This document shows, piece by piece, positions 10,250 through 19,888 of a DNA stretch of 64,000 nucleotides. The translations under genes were made by a program, and so were the position numbers. Source of the DNA: Candidatus Latescibacterota bacterium (GTDB taxonomy: Bacteria; Latescibacterota; CBDEFO01). The notes beneath the pieces are model-generated. The model was given only the letters and a program-made list of their open reading frames with translations. It searched no databases and was not told the DNA's origin. Location: assembly GCA_965248755.1 (NCBI GenBank), contig OZ252149.1, forward strand, positions 1,216,001 through 1,280,000, read 5' to 3'. Numbering within the stretch: the stretch's first letter is position 1; every line of letters starts with the position of its first letter.

Positions 10250-11260
10250 ATGAAATGGCTATCTAAGGTGCGCCTGACGGTGGAAGAAGCAAGACAGTTG
10301 TTGCGCGCCATGATTTCTACCAAACACCCTATCAATGCCCAGATAGTCGCCATAAGGAGATGTAACCTCAGCTGCACCTATTGTAACGAATACGATCAAA
10401 CATCGGATCCGGTTCCTATTCCTGATCTATTCGCACGTATTGACCGGCTCAAAGAACTGAAGACCGCTTCTATAACGATTACCGGTGGCGAGCCCCTTTT
10501 GCACCCTCAGCTGTCAGAGGTTATCGAAAGGATCCGTTTCCATCGTATGGTCGCAGGTGTGATTACAAATGCCTATCTACTTACCAAAGATCGCATCAGG
10601 GAACTTAACGAGTCGGGCCTGCAGCATATGCAGATCAGCATCGACAACGCCAAGCCGGACGAAGTCTCTGTCAAAAGCTTAAAAGTTCTGGACAAAAAGC
10701 TTAAGTTACTTGCCGATTATGCGGACTTCAAAGTGAACATCAATTGCGTTTTAGGTGCCTTGCACGATCGTGCTGAGGATGCCTTGTTGATTTCAGAGCG
10801 CGCCGTTCAATATGGCTTTTCGCATTCGATAGGCATTATTCATCAACAAGACGGATTCATGAAGCCACTGTCCGAGAAGGCCTGCCAGGTCTACAGACAG
10901 ATAAAAGAGAGGTATCCAAACAACTTCTGGTCGTACGTCGTCAACAATAGATTCCAAGATGAACTTGTGAAAAACGGGCAGGTGGATTGGAAATGTCGCG
11001 CCGGTGCACGTTATCTCTACATATGCGAAGATGGACTTGTCCACTACTGTTCGCAACAGCGCGGAAATCCGGGTATACCCCTTGAGGAGTACACCAACTG
11101 GAATATTCAACAGGAGTACAGCCGGAAGAAGCTCTGCAGCAAATTCTGTACGATAGGATGCGTTCAACGCGTCAGTCAGCTCGATAACTGGCGCGACGAG
11201 CAGACCCTGGATCCGCCATATTATCCGATTCTTAACTCGGCAATACCTATCTCAAAATAG
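10250..11260 (+). CDS. Radical SAM protein with a C-terminal SPASM/twitch-like Cys cluster
   Basis: CNLSCTYC, TGGEP, and C-terminal CxAG...C...CxxxCxxxC. Confidence 0.9.
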   Translation: MKWLSKVRLTVEEARQLLRAMISTKHPINAQIVAIRRCNLSCTYCNEYDQTSDPVPIPDLFARIDRLKELKTASITITGGEPLLHPQLSEVIERIRFHRMVAGVITNAYLLTKDRIRELNESGLQHMQISIDNAKPDEVSVKSLKVLDKKLKLLADYADFKVNINCVLGALHDRAEDALLISERAVQYGFSHSIGIIHQQDGFMKPLSEKACQVYRQIKERYPNNFWSYVVNNRFQDELVKNGQVDWKCRAGARYLYICEDGLVHYCSQQRGNPGIPLEEYTNWNIQQEYSRKKLCSKFCTIGCVQRVSQLDNWRDEQTLDPPYYPILNSAIPISK

Positions 11261-11413
11261 TAGACAGCAGTCAGTAGACAGCATAGAGGGACTCCCCCTG
11301 CTTCCCTTGAATGTAGGGGCTGGGTTACCCAGCCCTTGGGGCGAGGCGCCGTGGGGCACGGCGTGCATTGTTAGGGAGTGGAGGCAACAAGCCACGAAGT
11401 GGTCGCCTCTACA
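11259..11413. repeat. GTAG-type REP cluster
   Basis: TGTAGGGGC...CGCCTCTACA termini with the internal hairpin GGGCTGGGTTACCCAGCCC. AGTAGACAGCA occurs in tandem, and AGTAGACAGCATA(G/C)AGGG also occurs at 3427-3444. Confidence 0.6.
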
Positions 11414-11435
11414 TCTTTGTCTGGGAGGAGATATA

Positions 11436-12362
11436 TTGAGAGTAGCCGAAGAGAGTATATTAGAGTTAGTAGGCAAAACTCCCATGATCCGTCTCGACAG
11501 GATCAGAAAGAATGGTTGGGCAGAGATATGCGCTAAACTGGAGGACCTGAACCCCGGAGGTTCTGTAAAGGACAGGATATGTCTTGCGATGATAGAGGAG
11601 GCCGAAAGATCGGGAAAATTGAAGGAGGGCTATACCATAGTCGAGCCGACGAGCGGAAATACGGGCATAGGTCTGGCGATGGTCGCGGCTGTTAAGGGCT
11701 ACAGATTGATCTTGACGATGCCAGAGACCATGAGCATGGAGCGGAGGAATTTCTTGGCCGCTTACGGGGCGGAGATAGTCCTGACACCGGGAGAGGAGGA
11801 CATGAAGGGGGCGGTAAAAGTGGCGGTGAAGATCGTAGAGAACAATTCGAATTGCTTTATGCCTCACCAGTTTACAAACCTCGCAAATCCCGAGGCGCAC
11901 AGGAAGACCACGGCGATGGAGATCCTCTCAGAAACGGAAGGCAAACTGGACGCTTTCGTTGCAGGAATAGGTACAGGGGGGACTATAACAGGCGTGGGAC
12001 AGGCCCTAAAAGAAAAGCTCAAGGATGTGTTAATAGTCGGGATCGAACCGGCTAAGTCAGCAGTTCTGTCGGGCGGAAAGCCCGGACTCCACGATATTCA
12101 GGGGATAGGCGCAGGCTTCGTACCCGAGGTGCTCGATATGGACGTGGTGGACGAGGTGATAGCAGTAAGCGATGAGGACGCCTTTGAAACTGCAGAGTTG
12201 ATCGCAAGGAAAGAAGGGGCACTAATGGGAATATCGTCAGGGGCAAATATCTTTGGTGCTATGAAGATAGCAGAAAGGCTGGGCGAAGGTAAAAGGGTTG
12301 TGACGATCCTGCCAGATACTGGGCAAAGATATTTCAGTATGAGAGATAAGTTTCTAAGGTAA
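11436..12362 (+). CDS. cysK: Cysteine synthase A
   Basis: NPGGSVKDR (PLP Lys), EPTSGNTG, GTGGT and IQGIGAG motifs. TTG start at 11436 after GGAGGAG. Confidence 0.95.
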   Translation: MRVAEESILELVGKTPMIRLDRIRKNGWAEICAKLEDLNPGGSVKDRICLAMIEEAERSGKLKEGYTIVEPTSGNTGIGLAMVAAVKGYRLILTMPETMSMERRNFLAAYGAEIVLTPGEEDMKGAVKVAVKIVENNSNCFMPHQFTNLANPEAHRKTTAMEILSETEGKLDAFVAGIGTGGTITGVGQALKEKLKDVLIVGIEPAKSAVLSGGKPGLHDIQGIGAGFVPEVLDMDVVDEVIAVSDEDAFETAELIARKEGALMGISSGANIFGAMKIAERLGEGKRVVTILPDTGQRYFSMRDKFLR

Positions 12363-12380
12363 AAAGGAGGAACAGAGGCT

Positions 12381-12683
12381 ATGCCAGCTATTGCCCACGT
12401 CATCGTTAAAGAAAAGGACAATGTAGCTACCCTTATAGGTGATGTGAAGAAGGGAGACCAGATAAAGGCCAGTGCCAAGGGCGTGGATCTGGAATTTGTC
12501 GCAGAAGAGGACATCCCCTACGGTCATAAGATCGCCCTTGAGGATATAAAAAGGGGAGAGACCGTATTTAAGTATGGTCTGGGTATAGGCTCTGCTTCTG
12601 TGGACATCAAGGCGGGGGACTACGTTCACGTTCACAACATCGAGAGCAACAGAGGACGCGGCGATTTAAAAAAGGAAAAGTAA
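12381..12683 (+). CDS. UxaA family small subunit (SAF domain; SuyA-like)
   Basis: DNVAT, IPYGHKIAL, KYG and HVHN motifs. Confidence 0.9.
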   Translation: MPAIAHVIVKEKDNVATLIGDVKKGDQIKASAKGVDLEFVAEEDIPYGHKIALEDIKRGETVFKYGLGIGSASVDIKAGDYVHVHNIESNRGRGDLKKEK

Positions 12684-12684
12684 A

Positions 12685-13857
12685 ATGAGAGACACATTCT
12701 GGGGATATGTTCGAGGGGACAGCACCGTAGGAGTAAGAAACTACCTTTTGATGCTTTCGGGGACCCTATACGCCAATACCCTTTGCGAGCGTGTGACAAA
12801 TATACTTGATAATACAATTCCTATTGTCCATCCTCTGGGGAGATGTCAGATAGCACCCGATTTGAAACAGACGTTTGACACCTTGGTCGGCCACGGTGCC
12901 AATCCGAACGCCGGCGCAGTGATCGTTGTTGACCACTTCAAGGAGGAGGGCTGCACCGCCGAGGAGATAGCACACGAAATCTCCAAGACGGGAAAGCCCG
13001 TCGAAGCCGTCAACATCAGGGCTTCAGGAGGCGCTGTTGAGGCTACCTCCAAATGCATATCTCTGGGAATAGATATGCAACGCGAGATCACGTCGAACCT
13101 GAGAGAAGAAGTGAACGTCTCCAACATACTGTTAGGATTAAACTGCGGAACGTCGGATACCACATCAGGCCTTGCGTCCAATCCCGCTGTGGGGTACTGC
13201 TCAGATATGATCATAGACCAGGGCGGAAGGTCTATATTAGCTGAGACCACAGAGATGATGGGAGGTGAGGACATGCTTGCCCGAAGGGCTGTAAATGAAG
13301 GAGTAGCTCAGAAGATATACGATATTGTAAAGGCTATGGAAAAGAAGATACTGGAGTACGGAGTCGATCTGAGGGGATCTCAGCCCACAGGGGATAATAT
13401 CGCGGGGGGACTTTCAACAATCGAGGAAAAATCGATAGGAGCTATTCAGAAGAGCGGCACAAAGCCCATCATAGATGTGATCGAGTACGCCCAGGCTCCG
13501 GGGAAGGAGCCCGGTCTCTATATTATGGATACACCGGGTCACGGCGGCGAATCTATCACGGGAATAGCGGCGGGCGGCGCACAGATTATGTTCTTCTCAA
13601 CGGGAGGAGGACACAATATAAATCATCCACTGATGATCACAATAAGGGTTACGGGCCATAAGGAATCCTTCGAGCTGATGAAACCTACTATGGAAGTGGA
13701 CCTGTCGGACATCTTCTCTGAAGGCACCTCGATAGAGGAGGCGGGGGAGAGAATATATAACGAATTGTTGGACACCGCTTCCGGCAAAATGACAAAAGCC
13801 GAGATCTTGAAAGAATACAACGCCTTTGCCATCAACCGCATCGGACCGAGCGTTTAA
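12685..13857 (+). CDS. UxaA/GarD/SuyB family dehydratase-lyase large subunit
   Basis: GYxRxDxxVGVRN, CGTSD, NIAGGLSTIEEKSIGA and FSTG motifs. Confidence 0.9.
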   Translation: MRDTFWGYVRGDSTVGVRNYLLMLSGTLYANTLCERVTNILDNTIPIVHPLGRCQIAPDLKQTFDTLVGHGANPNAGAVIVVDHFKEEGCTAEEIAHEISKTGKPVEAVNIRASGGAVEATSKCISLGIDMQREITSNLREEVNVSNILLGLNCGTSDTTSGLASNPAVGYCSDMIIDQGGRSILAETTEMMGGEDMLARRAVNEGVAQKIYDIVKAMEKKILEYGVDLRGSQPTGDNIAGGLSTIEEKSIGAIQKSGTKPIIDVIEYAQAPGKEPGLYIMDTPGHGGESITGIAAGGAQIMFFSTGGGHNINHPLMITIRVTGHKESFELMKPTMEVDLSDIFSEGTSIEEAGERIYNELLDTASGKMTKAEILKEYNAFAINRIGPSV

Positions 13858-13918
13858 GATAAACTAAAGAGCGTTTTGTCGTTTGTATATGCTCAACTTA
13901 CTCAAAAGGAGGTATTCT

Positions 13919-14230
13919 ATGCGTTTCTTATTCAAGGCTGTCTGGGATGTTGAGGCCAGTAATGCAGCAATAAAGGAAGGTCGAATGGGCGAAATTGTCG
14001 AGTCCATCCTCGCCGACCTGAAGCCCGAAGCAGTGTACTTCGTGGCGGAGAACGGGAAGAGGGCGGCCTATATCATCCTGGATATGCAGGACACTTCGCA
14101 AATGCCGGCGATAGCGGAGCCATGGTTCCTTGCCTTCAATGCCGCCGTCGAGTTGATTCCGGTCATGGTCCCTGAGGATCTGATGAAGGCGGGACCGGCC
14201 ATCGAGGAAGCGGTCAAGAAGTACGGGTAA
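13919..14230 (+). CDS. Small conserved hypothetical protein (GYD/DUF3303-like fold)
   Basis: AGGAGG RBS; KPEAVYF...GKR...PAIAEPWFLAFNA pattern. Confidence 0.7.
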   Translation: MRFLFKAVWDVEASNAAIKEGRMGEIVESILADLKPEAVYFVAENGKRAAYIILDMQDTSQMPAIAEPWFLAFNAAVELIPVMVPEDLMKAGPAIEEAVKKYG

Positions 14231-14240
14231 ACCGGACAAT

Positions 14241-14271
14241 CCCCGCTGGATGTGAATCTGGCGGGGGTTTG
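14241..14271 (+). terminator. Rho-independent terminator
   Basis: CCCCGCTGGAT/ATCTGGCGGGG stem followed by T residues, just after the stop codon. Confidence 0.6.
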
Positions 14272-14586
14272 TTACATGTGGTTGTAAAACAGTCATTTAT
14301 CGTCAATTGTAAAAATTAAATCCTCGAACACTTAGCTCCCGTGATCTATAGGAAGAATAGGTTCACGCTGTACGGGACTGTGGCTTAATGTTGGATCGCC
14401 TTGAAGGAAGCCCTACTTACAAAGTCTGTACCTCTGGAGCTTGTGCCGAGAAGGGAAACGTGCAGAACAGAGAGATCCCCTTTATTTGGGCTTAGGTCTG
14501 CGCAAGATCGAGATTTAGATAGACGTCTTTACAAATCTCTATTTTTTTGTCATAATTACCCGTAAGCTGTAGGAAAGAGTCAGGAG

Positions 14587-15354
14587 ATGATCCTTATGGC
14601 CGAAGAAAGGCCTATATTCCTACAGTCCGACGGTCGCCCGGAGCATAGAAGTATAGATGAAATTCCCCGTGACGCGATCGCCGGGGGGGACTTCAACGAT
14701 CTCCCGGGTAGGGGAAGACCGCTCGACTGGGAGGACTATTTTGCCAGCGGTCCGGAACACCGCATCGGCTACAGGCTCCTCAAGGATAACCAGCTTCTAC
14801 CTGAGCCCCTTCAGGACCGCAAAGAAGCGGAGGAACTGCAACAGGCCGGTGAGGGACTCCTGATCAGGGAGGCGAAAGTCCTAAAGGACATCGGGGAAGA
14901 AATCAGCCGGAAGTCCATCCCTTTAGTGACATGCTTTCTAAATCGGCAGACTCTCACGAGATGCCTCGGTCTTGACTCCTGGCCTCCCTGCTTTGCCGAG
15001 CCGGCGGCAGGTTCGAGGCCCGACCTGCTACGCGTCCTCAGACAGATAGAATGCCTTCAGTCTCTAATCTCACGCTACAATCACCGCATAGATGCACTGA
15101 TCCTTAAATATCTGGACCTCTTGAAAGGGGCCAACGAATATATCCACGGACTCAACAATAAGATCGCCTCCACCGGACGCTTCAACAGCTCCCTCCACAT
15201 AGTCCCGTTAAACCTTTCTGCTCGGGAACAAAAGGTCCGGGCGCGTTTTCCCGAACTGCCTCCGTTCCCGGAAGATCTCCCGAAGCGCATCCAGACCTAC
15301 TATAGAGAAACTCCTGGCCCCTCCTGGATCAGCGTGTATGAGAGCTTTTTTTAG
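14587..15354 (+). CDS. DUF1992 (DnaJ-associated) domain protein
   Basis: AIAGGDFNDLPGRGRPL...YRLLKDNxxLP motif. Confidence 0.75.
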   Translation: MILMAEERPIFLQSDGRPEHRSIDEIPRDAIAGGDFNDLPGRGRPLDWEDYFASGPEHRIGYRLLKDNQLLPEPLQDRKEAEELQQAGEGLLIREAKVLKDIGEEISRKSIPLVTCFLNRQTLTRCLGLDSWPPCFAEPAAGSRPDLLRVLRQIECLQSLISRYNHRIDALILKYLDLLKGANEYIHGLNNKIASTGRFNSSLHIVPLNLSAREQKVRARFPELPPFPEDLPKRIQTYYRETPGPSWISVYESFF

Positions 15355-15375
15355 GGAAAATAGTCTCCCGTTCAT

Positions 15376-16035
15376 ATGTACACTACGCAGAACATGGATT
15401 CGTGTCTCAAGAATAATCAACCTCCAAGCTATGAGGACGCCGTAGAGCATATCAGGCTCTCGGAATCGGCGACTGTACATGGTGTGGACTCATGGCTCGA
15501 CTACTGCCAGCGCTGGGAGATATATCACCTTCCGACGCGGGAATTCGTGCATCTCCTATCAGATAAGATAAGGCTTTTGGAGGTCGATAACCTCTTAGAG
15601 GTCTGTACTGGGTTCGGTCTTTTGAGTTCAGGGCTGCACAACGAGGGGCACAAAGTAATAGCTGTCGATTCTGGAGACTGGAAGGACACAGCCCCTCCCG
15701 TTCCCCGATTGAATCTATCAAGGATTCAGAGGATGAGTGCAAAGGGGGCACTGGAAAGATATAACCCTGATCTGGTTATAGGCTGTTGGACGCCGTCAGA
15801 TGGAACTGTGGACATCCAGGTGATGCGATATCCCTCCGTGAGGTATTATATCTACATAGCTCAATCGTCAAAAACGTCTGTCGGTTCCCAGAGGGTCTGG
15901 GAACAAGGGGGATGGAGTGTCTGTGAGTTGAAACACCTTGAAAAATACAGCCTCTGCCGCTACGACTTTTTCATAGGAATCACTGAAGGAGAACTGATGA
16001 AACACAGCAGGTCTTTTCTCTTTTGCAGGAGCTAA
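15376..16035 (+). CDS. Putative SAM-dependent methyltransferase-fold protein
   Basis: LLEVCTGFGLLS motif I, IAVD, PDLVIGCW. Confidence 0.7.
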   Translation: MYTTQNMDSCLKNNQPPSYEDAVEHIRLSESATVHGVDSWLDYCQRWEIYHLPTREFVHLLSDKIRLLEVDNLLEVCTGFGLLSSGLHNEGHKVIAVDSGDWKDTAPPVPRLNLSRIQRMSAKGALERYNPDLVIGCWTPSDGTVDIQVMRYPSVRYYIYIAQSSKTSVGSQRVWEQGGWSVCELKHLEKYSLCRYDFFIGITEGELMKHSRSFLFCRS

Positions 16036-16038
16036 TAT

Positions 16039-16797
16039 TCAACCTCTTACAGTCTCCAACGCCTTCCTTGCTCCGTCCAGGGCAAATCCCATGTCCCCTC
16101 CGACAATCACGAGCTTAGCTCCTTTATTGAGCCAGGATTTAGCTTCATCGGGACCTGATGTGGACAACCCGAAGGCTACATTATTCTTCTCGCACACTTC
16201 CATGATCTTTTCGAACCTCTCTCTGACCTCTTCAACTGCCTCCCCCGGGAACTTGCCCAGTGAAAAACTCAGATCGGAAGGCCCGCAGAACGTTCCATCA
16301 ATGCCTTCCACGGACAGAATCTCCTCGATGTTGTCCACAGCTTTCTGCTGCTCTATCTGGATGAAGACTCCGACTTCATCGTTGGCTCTTTTCATATATT
16401 CGGCGGGATAGGCTCCATATCCTGATGAGAGCCAGGGTCCGCTGCCCCTTATGCCTTCGGGCGGATACCTGGTCGCTGCAACTGCCTGACGAGCCTCCTC
16501 GGCGCTGTTTATCATGGGGAAGATAACGTTATAGACTCCGGAGTCCAGAACCTGCTTTACTATCACAAAATCGTTCCACGGAACTCGTACTATCGCCTCC
16601 GTTTCTGACGCTTCTATAGCTATTATCAAAGAGGGTAGAACGGCTCTATCTACGGATGAGTGCTCCATATCGAAAAGCATAAAGTCAAAGCCCACCTTGG
16701 AGAGGGCGTTTGCCAGTATAGGATTCGGCACAGATAAACCTATGCCCGCTACGGCCTGTCCACTTCTAAATTTTTCCTTGATACGATTGGTCCTCAT
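16039..16797 (-). CDS. HpcH/HpaI family class II aldolase (GarL-like)
   Basis: DMEHS, VRVPWND, RYPPEGIRG, QIE and GPSDLS motifs. Confidence 0.92.
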   Translation of the reverse strand: MRTNRIKEKFRSGQAVAGIGLSVPNPILANALSKVGFDFMLFDMEHSSVDRAVLPSLIIAIEASETEAIVRVPWNDFVIVKQVLDSGVYNVIFPMINSAEEARQAVAATRYPPEGIRGSGPWLSSGYGAYPAEYMKRANDEVGVFIQIEQQKAVDNIEEILSVEGIDGTFCGPSDLSFSLGKFPGEAVEEVRERFEKIMEVCEKNNVAFGLSTSGPDEAKSWLNKGAKLVIVGGDMGFALDGARKALETVRG

Positions 16798-17097
16798 ATT
16801 TGCTCTCTCCCTTTTTAAGGCCACAAAACTTTGTGAAGAATTTATGTCAAAGATAAGTGCAGTTCCTTGCAAAGTAAAGAACTATTTACAAGGAAATTCC
16901 CAATTGCCTCTATCTTTAGAATCAACGATAAGCCCTCAATCTGATATGCACAGACATCTTGCCTATCAAATAGGTTGATCCCCTATAAAATCAGTGGCTG
17001 AAAGCCAATAGATTCATTTGGAGGTTGATTTTATCCTGTCGATATCGTATTTTTTATGTAAGCATTCCGAGAATCCGCGTTTTAAATATAAGGGACA

Positions 17098-17655
17098 ATG
17101 AAAAAAGAATTTATAAAAGCTTTCTTCCTTCTGCTTATTCTATTTCATGCAAGAGCGTTCGGACAGACCGGTTCGGACATGGGAGCAGAACGGCTTTTCT
17201 ACCTGGGAGCCGCACGATTCTCTAAAAGCCAGATCAAAGACCCCGCATGGGAGGAGGCAAAAGAGTACTTGAAGGCGGCGATTAGAGTATCTCCAGAACA
17301 TCAAAAGTCGTCGGCTCTTCTGCAGATAATGGAACAGATGGAAAAGCAAGATCAGCAGCAACAAGAAAATCAATCCGACCAACAGCAGCAAGGGACTGAA
17401 TCTGATACCCAAGGTGTAGAGAATCAGCAGGAAGCTCAAAGTGATACTTCTTTTGCCGCGCAGAGTCAATCCCCGATAGATTCAATCGGGGATAGTTCAC
17501 AAATTTCCCAGGAAAGTGGAGCCGACACAAGCATGACAAAGTCCCAAAAGGAGGCAGCAAGACTCTTGGAATTATTTATAGAGAATCAGGAGAAAGTGTC
17601 CAAGAATATCCGAGATCGGAGCATCCAAAGGAGCCGGTCGGAAAAGGACTGGTAG
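17098..17655 (+). CDS. Secreted Gln-rich protein resembling the BatC C-terminal half
   Basis: Signal peptide, one TPR-like helix pair, Q/E-rich linker, EAARLLE...EKDW C-terminus. Confidence 0.65.
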   Translation: MKKEFIKAFFLLLILFHARAFGQTGSDMGAERLFYLGAARFSKSQIKDPAWEEAKEYLKAAIRVSPEHQKSSALLQIMEQMEKQDQQQQENQSDQQQQGTESDTQGVENQQEAQSDTSFAAQSQSPIDSIGDSSQISQESGADTSMTKSQKEAARLLELFIENQEKVSKNIRDRSIQRSRSEKDW

Positions 17656-17672
17656 GAGGACGAAGCTAAATA

Positions 17673-18308
17673 ATGGCAAAAAAGCATCTGGCCATATTCA
17701 TCATCCTCTTTTTGGCCTCAGCGCTGATGGCTATTGCGGGTTTCCTGAATGACCTGAATAGCGTCGCTGCAAAGGTGGAAGAGGGAAATCGACTATTTTT
17801 TGAGGGGGATTACGAGGGTGCTGAAAAGTGGTATCGAGACGCTCAGATAGAAGACCCTACCTCATCTCGGATCCATCTAAATACAGGAGATGTCCTCCAT
17901 AAACAGGACAAACACCAGGAGGCTATCTCGGAGTATCAGAAGGCTCTGCCGTCCGATGAACCGGCTTTGGAGGCTATGAAGAACTACAATATAGGAAATT
18001 CCTTCTTTAAGGAAAATATGCTAACAGAAGCCCGTGGGTCCTATAAGAAGGCGCTGGACATAAACGCTTATGATCAGGATGCAAAATTCAATCTGGAGAT
18101 AGTCCAAAACAGACTTGATCAAATAGCAGGAGTCTTTGGAAAGTCTTTAGAGTTGGTGACCGGGGGTAAAGTTGACCAAGCTTTGTCTTTGGTCACAATG
18201 ACGCTTGTGGAAAATCCACATGAGGCAGCTTTCCTGTCGGAGCACCGGCAGCATCTGGATATCATCGCCAATGTAATCGCAGCATCAGAGCATAAATCTG
18301 TGATGTAG
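17673..18308 (+). CDS. TPR protein (BatB/BatC-like)
   Basis: Signal anchor; EGNRLF, YNIGNSF and DQDAKFNLE TPR motifs. Confidence 0.8.
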   Translation: MAKKHLAIFIILFLASALMAIAGFLNDLNSVAAKVEEGNRLFFEGDYEGAEKWYRDAQIEDPTSSRIHLNTGDVLHKQDKHQEAISEYQKALPSDEPALEAMKNYNIGNSFFKENMLTEARGSYKKALDINAYDQDAKFNLEIVQNRLDQIAGVFGKSLELVTGGKVDQALSLVTMTLVENPHEAAFLSEHRQHLDIIANVIAASEHKSVM

Positions 18309-18383
18309 CCCCCCTAATAAATTCAATTGGGGGTTAAATCGGGGGCAGATCACAAAATCGGCTAATAAACCAGGAAACTGAAG

Positions 18384-19589
18384 ATGATCAGTTCGGAATT
18401 TGTCAAAGACTTAGTCGTTCCGTCGGACTCCAAGATATTCCTCCTCGTCATAGACGGGTTGGGAGGTCTTCCGCATCCGGATACGGGGAAGACTGAGCTG
18501 GAGATGGCTAAGACTCCCAATATGGACAAGATAGCAAAGGAAGGTCAGGGCGGACTGACTATCCCTATAGAAAGGGGAATAACCCCTGGAAGCGGTCTTG
18601 CTCACCTTGCTCTCTTCGGTTACGACTCCGTTAAACACAAGGTCGGAAGGGGCGCAGTCGCCGCTGTGGGAGTCGGTCTGGGCATGGACGAAGGCGATGT
18701 CGCAGCGAGGGTCAACTTCGCCACCGTAGATGACAACGGAACAGTCACAGACAGAAGAGCAGGCAGAATAGCCACAACTGAAAACGCCCGTCTGTGCGAG
18801 ATCTTAAGGGACATAGAATTCCCCCACGTCCGATTTGTTATGGAGCCGGTGAAAGACCATAGAGCAGTAATAGTCTTCAAAGGTGAAGGTCTTTCCCCGG
18901 AACTTACAGACACCGACCCCCAGGAAGTGGGACTTCTCCCTAAGAAAGTCCAGGCGAACTCCAAAAAGGCAGAGCGGACAGCCCAACTGGTCAACAGCTT
19001 TGTAGACAAAGCCAAAATAGCCCTCAAAGATCAGCATCCCGCGAATATGATCCTTATGAGGGGTTTCGACACAAAGCCGCACTTTTTGCCGATGTCCGAA
19101 GTTTATGGTCTAAAAGGTGGTGCCATAGCCACGTATCCGGACTATCTTGGAGTAGCCCGAATGGTCGGAATGGAAGTAATATCCACAGGTCCCGAGATGT
19201 CTGACGAATTTGAAGCTCTGAAAAAAGCGTTCAACAGCTACGATTTCATCTATCTCCACGTAAAAAAGACCGACAGTTTCGGAGAAGACGGCAATTTTGC
19301 CGGCAAGGTTGAAGTCATCGAGGAGATAGACAGCCTAATCCCAGAAGCGACTGGACTTAACCCAGATGTTATAATGATCACAGGCGATCACTCCACACCT
19401 GCGACGTTAAAAATTCACAGCTGGCACCCTGTGCCCTTTACAATAAAGAGCAGATGGTGCAGAAAGGACGGTACCGCCGCATTCTCAGAGACCGAATGCG
19501 CCAAAGGTCTGTTGGGAACTTTCCCCGCAACTGAAGTTATGTCCTTGGCACTTGCCCACGCCGGACGACTCATGAAGTTCGGAGCTTAG
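18384..19589 (+). CDS. apgM: 2,3-bisphosphoglycerate-independent phosphoglycerate mutase (ApgM type)
   Basis: DGLGG, TPGS, DRRAGR, KKTDSFGEDG, TGDHSTP and HSWHPVP motifs. Confidence 0.93.
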   Translation: MISSEFVKDLVVPSDSKIFLLVIDGLGGLPHPDTGKTELEMAKTPNMDKIAKEGQGGLTIPIERGITPGSGLAHLALFGYDSVKHKVGRGAVAAVGVGLGMDEGDVAARVNFATVDDNGTVTDRRAGRIATTENARLCEILRDIEFPHVRFVMEPVKDHRAVIVFKGEGLSPELTDTDPQEVGLLPKKVQANSKKAERTAQLVNSFVDKAKIALKDQHPANMILMRGFDTKPHFLPMSEVYGLKGGAIATYPDYLGVARMVGMEVISTGPEMSDEFEALKKAFNSYDFIYLHVKKTDSFGEDGNFAGKVEVIEEIDSLIPEATGLNPDVIMITGDHSTPATLKIHSWHPVPFTIKSRWCRKDGTAAFSETECAKGLLGTFPATEVMSLALAHAGRLMKFGA

Positions 19590-19636
19590 GTTAACTCAAC
19601 GTCTGATGACGAAACGAGAAACATTTAATGAATTAT

Positions 19637-19665
19637 TTGACAACCAAGGTTTTGCTGATTATCTT
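19637..19665 (+). promoter_or_regulatory. Sigma70 promoter for tRNA-Arg
   Basis: TTGACA-N17-TATCTT about 40 bp upstream of the tRNA. Confidence 0.65.
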
Positions 19666-19703
19666 TGCGGAAAACAACTCAAGGTACTGAGATACAACTT
19701 TTG

Positions 19704-19779
19704 GGGCTATTAGCTCAGTGGATAGAGCGTTGGTCTCCGGAACCAAAGGTCGCGCGTTCGAATCGCGCATAGCCCGCCA
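19704..19779 (+). tRNA. tRNA-Arg (anticodon CCG)
   Basis: Acceptor stem GGGCTAT/ATAGCCC, anticodon arm TTGGT-CTCCGGA-ACCAA, T-loop TTCGAAT, encoded CCA; 76 nt. Confidence 0.97.
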
Positions 19780-19781
19780 GA

Positions 19782-19820
19782 AATAAGGCCCTGTAGTACA
19801 AACACTTACAGGGCCTTATT
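19782..19820. terminator. Bidirectional hairpin terminator between the tRNA and the integrase
   Basis: 14-bp perfect stem AATAAGGCCCTGTA/TACAGGGCCTTATT. Confidence 0.8.
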
Positions 19821-19851
19821 TAATTTTTAAATGTTTCTAAATGTTTGCGAT

Positions 19852-19872
19852 TTGGGATACTATTGGGATACT
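19852..19872. repeat. Putative integrase arm-type binding sites
   Basis: TTGGGATACT direct repeat x2 (19852-19861 and 19863-19872); TAAATGTTT also occurs twice just upstream. Located between the att site and the int stop. Confidence 0.55.
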
Positions 19873-19888
19873 TTTCTGCCAGATTACT

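Noticed and set aside
11307..11435. N-terminal extension of CysK in the ORF track
   Set aside because: It is translated REP sequence; the RBS supports the TTG start at 11436.
14300..14560. Possible ncRNA or riboswitch in a long intergenic region
   Set aside because: No recognisable family motif or convincing structure by eye; an Rfam scan is needed.
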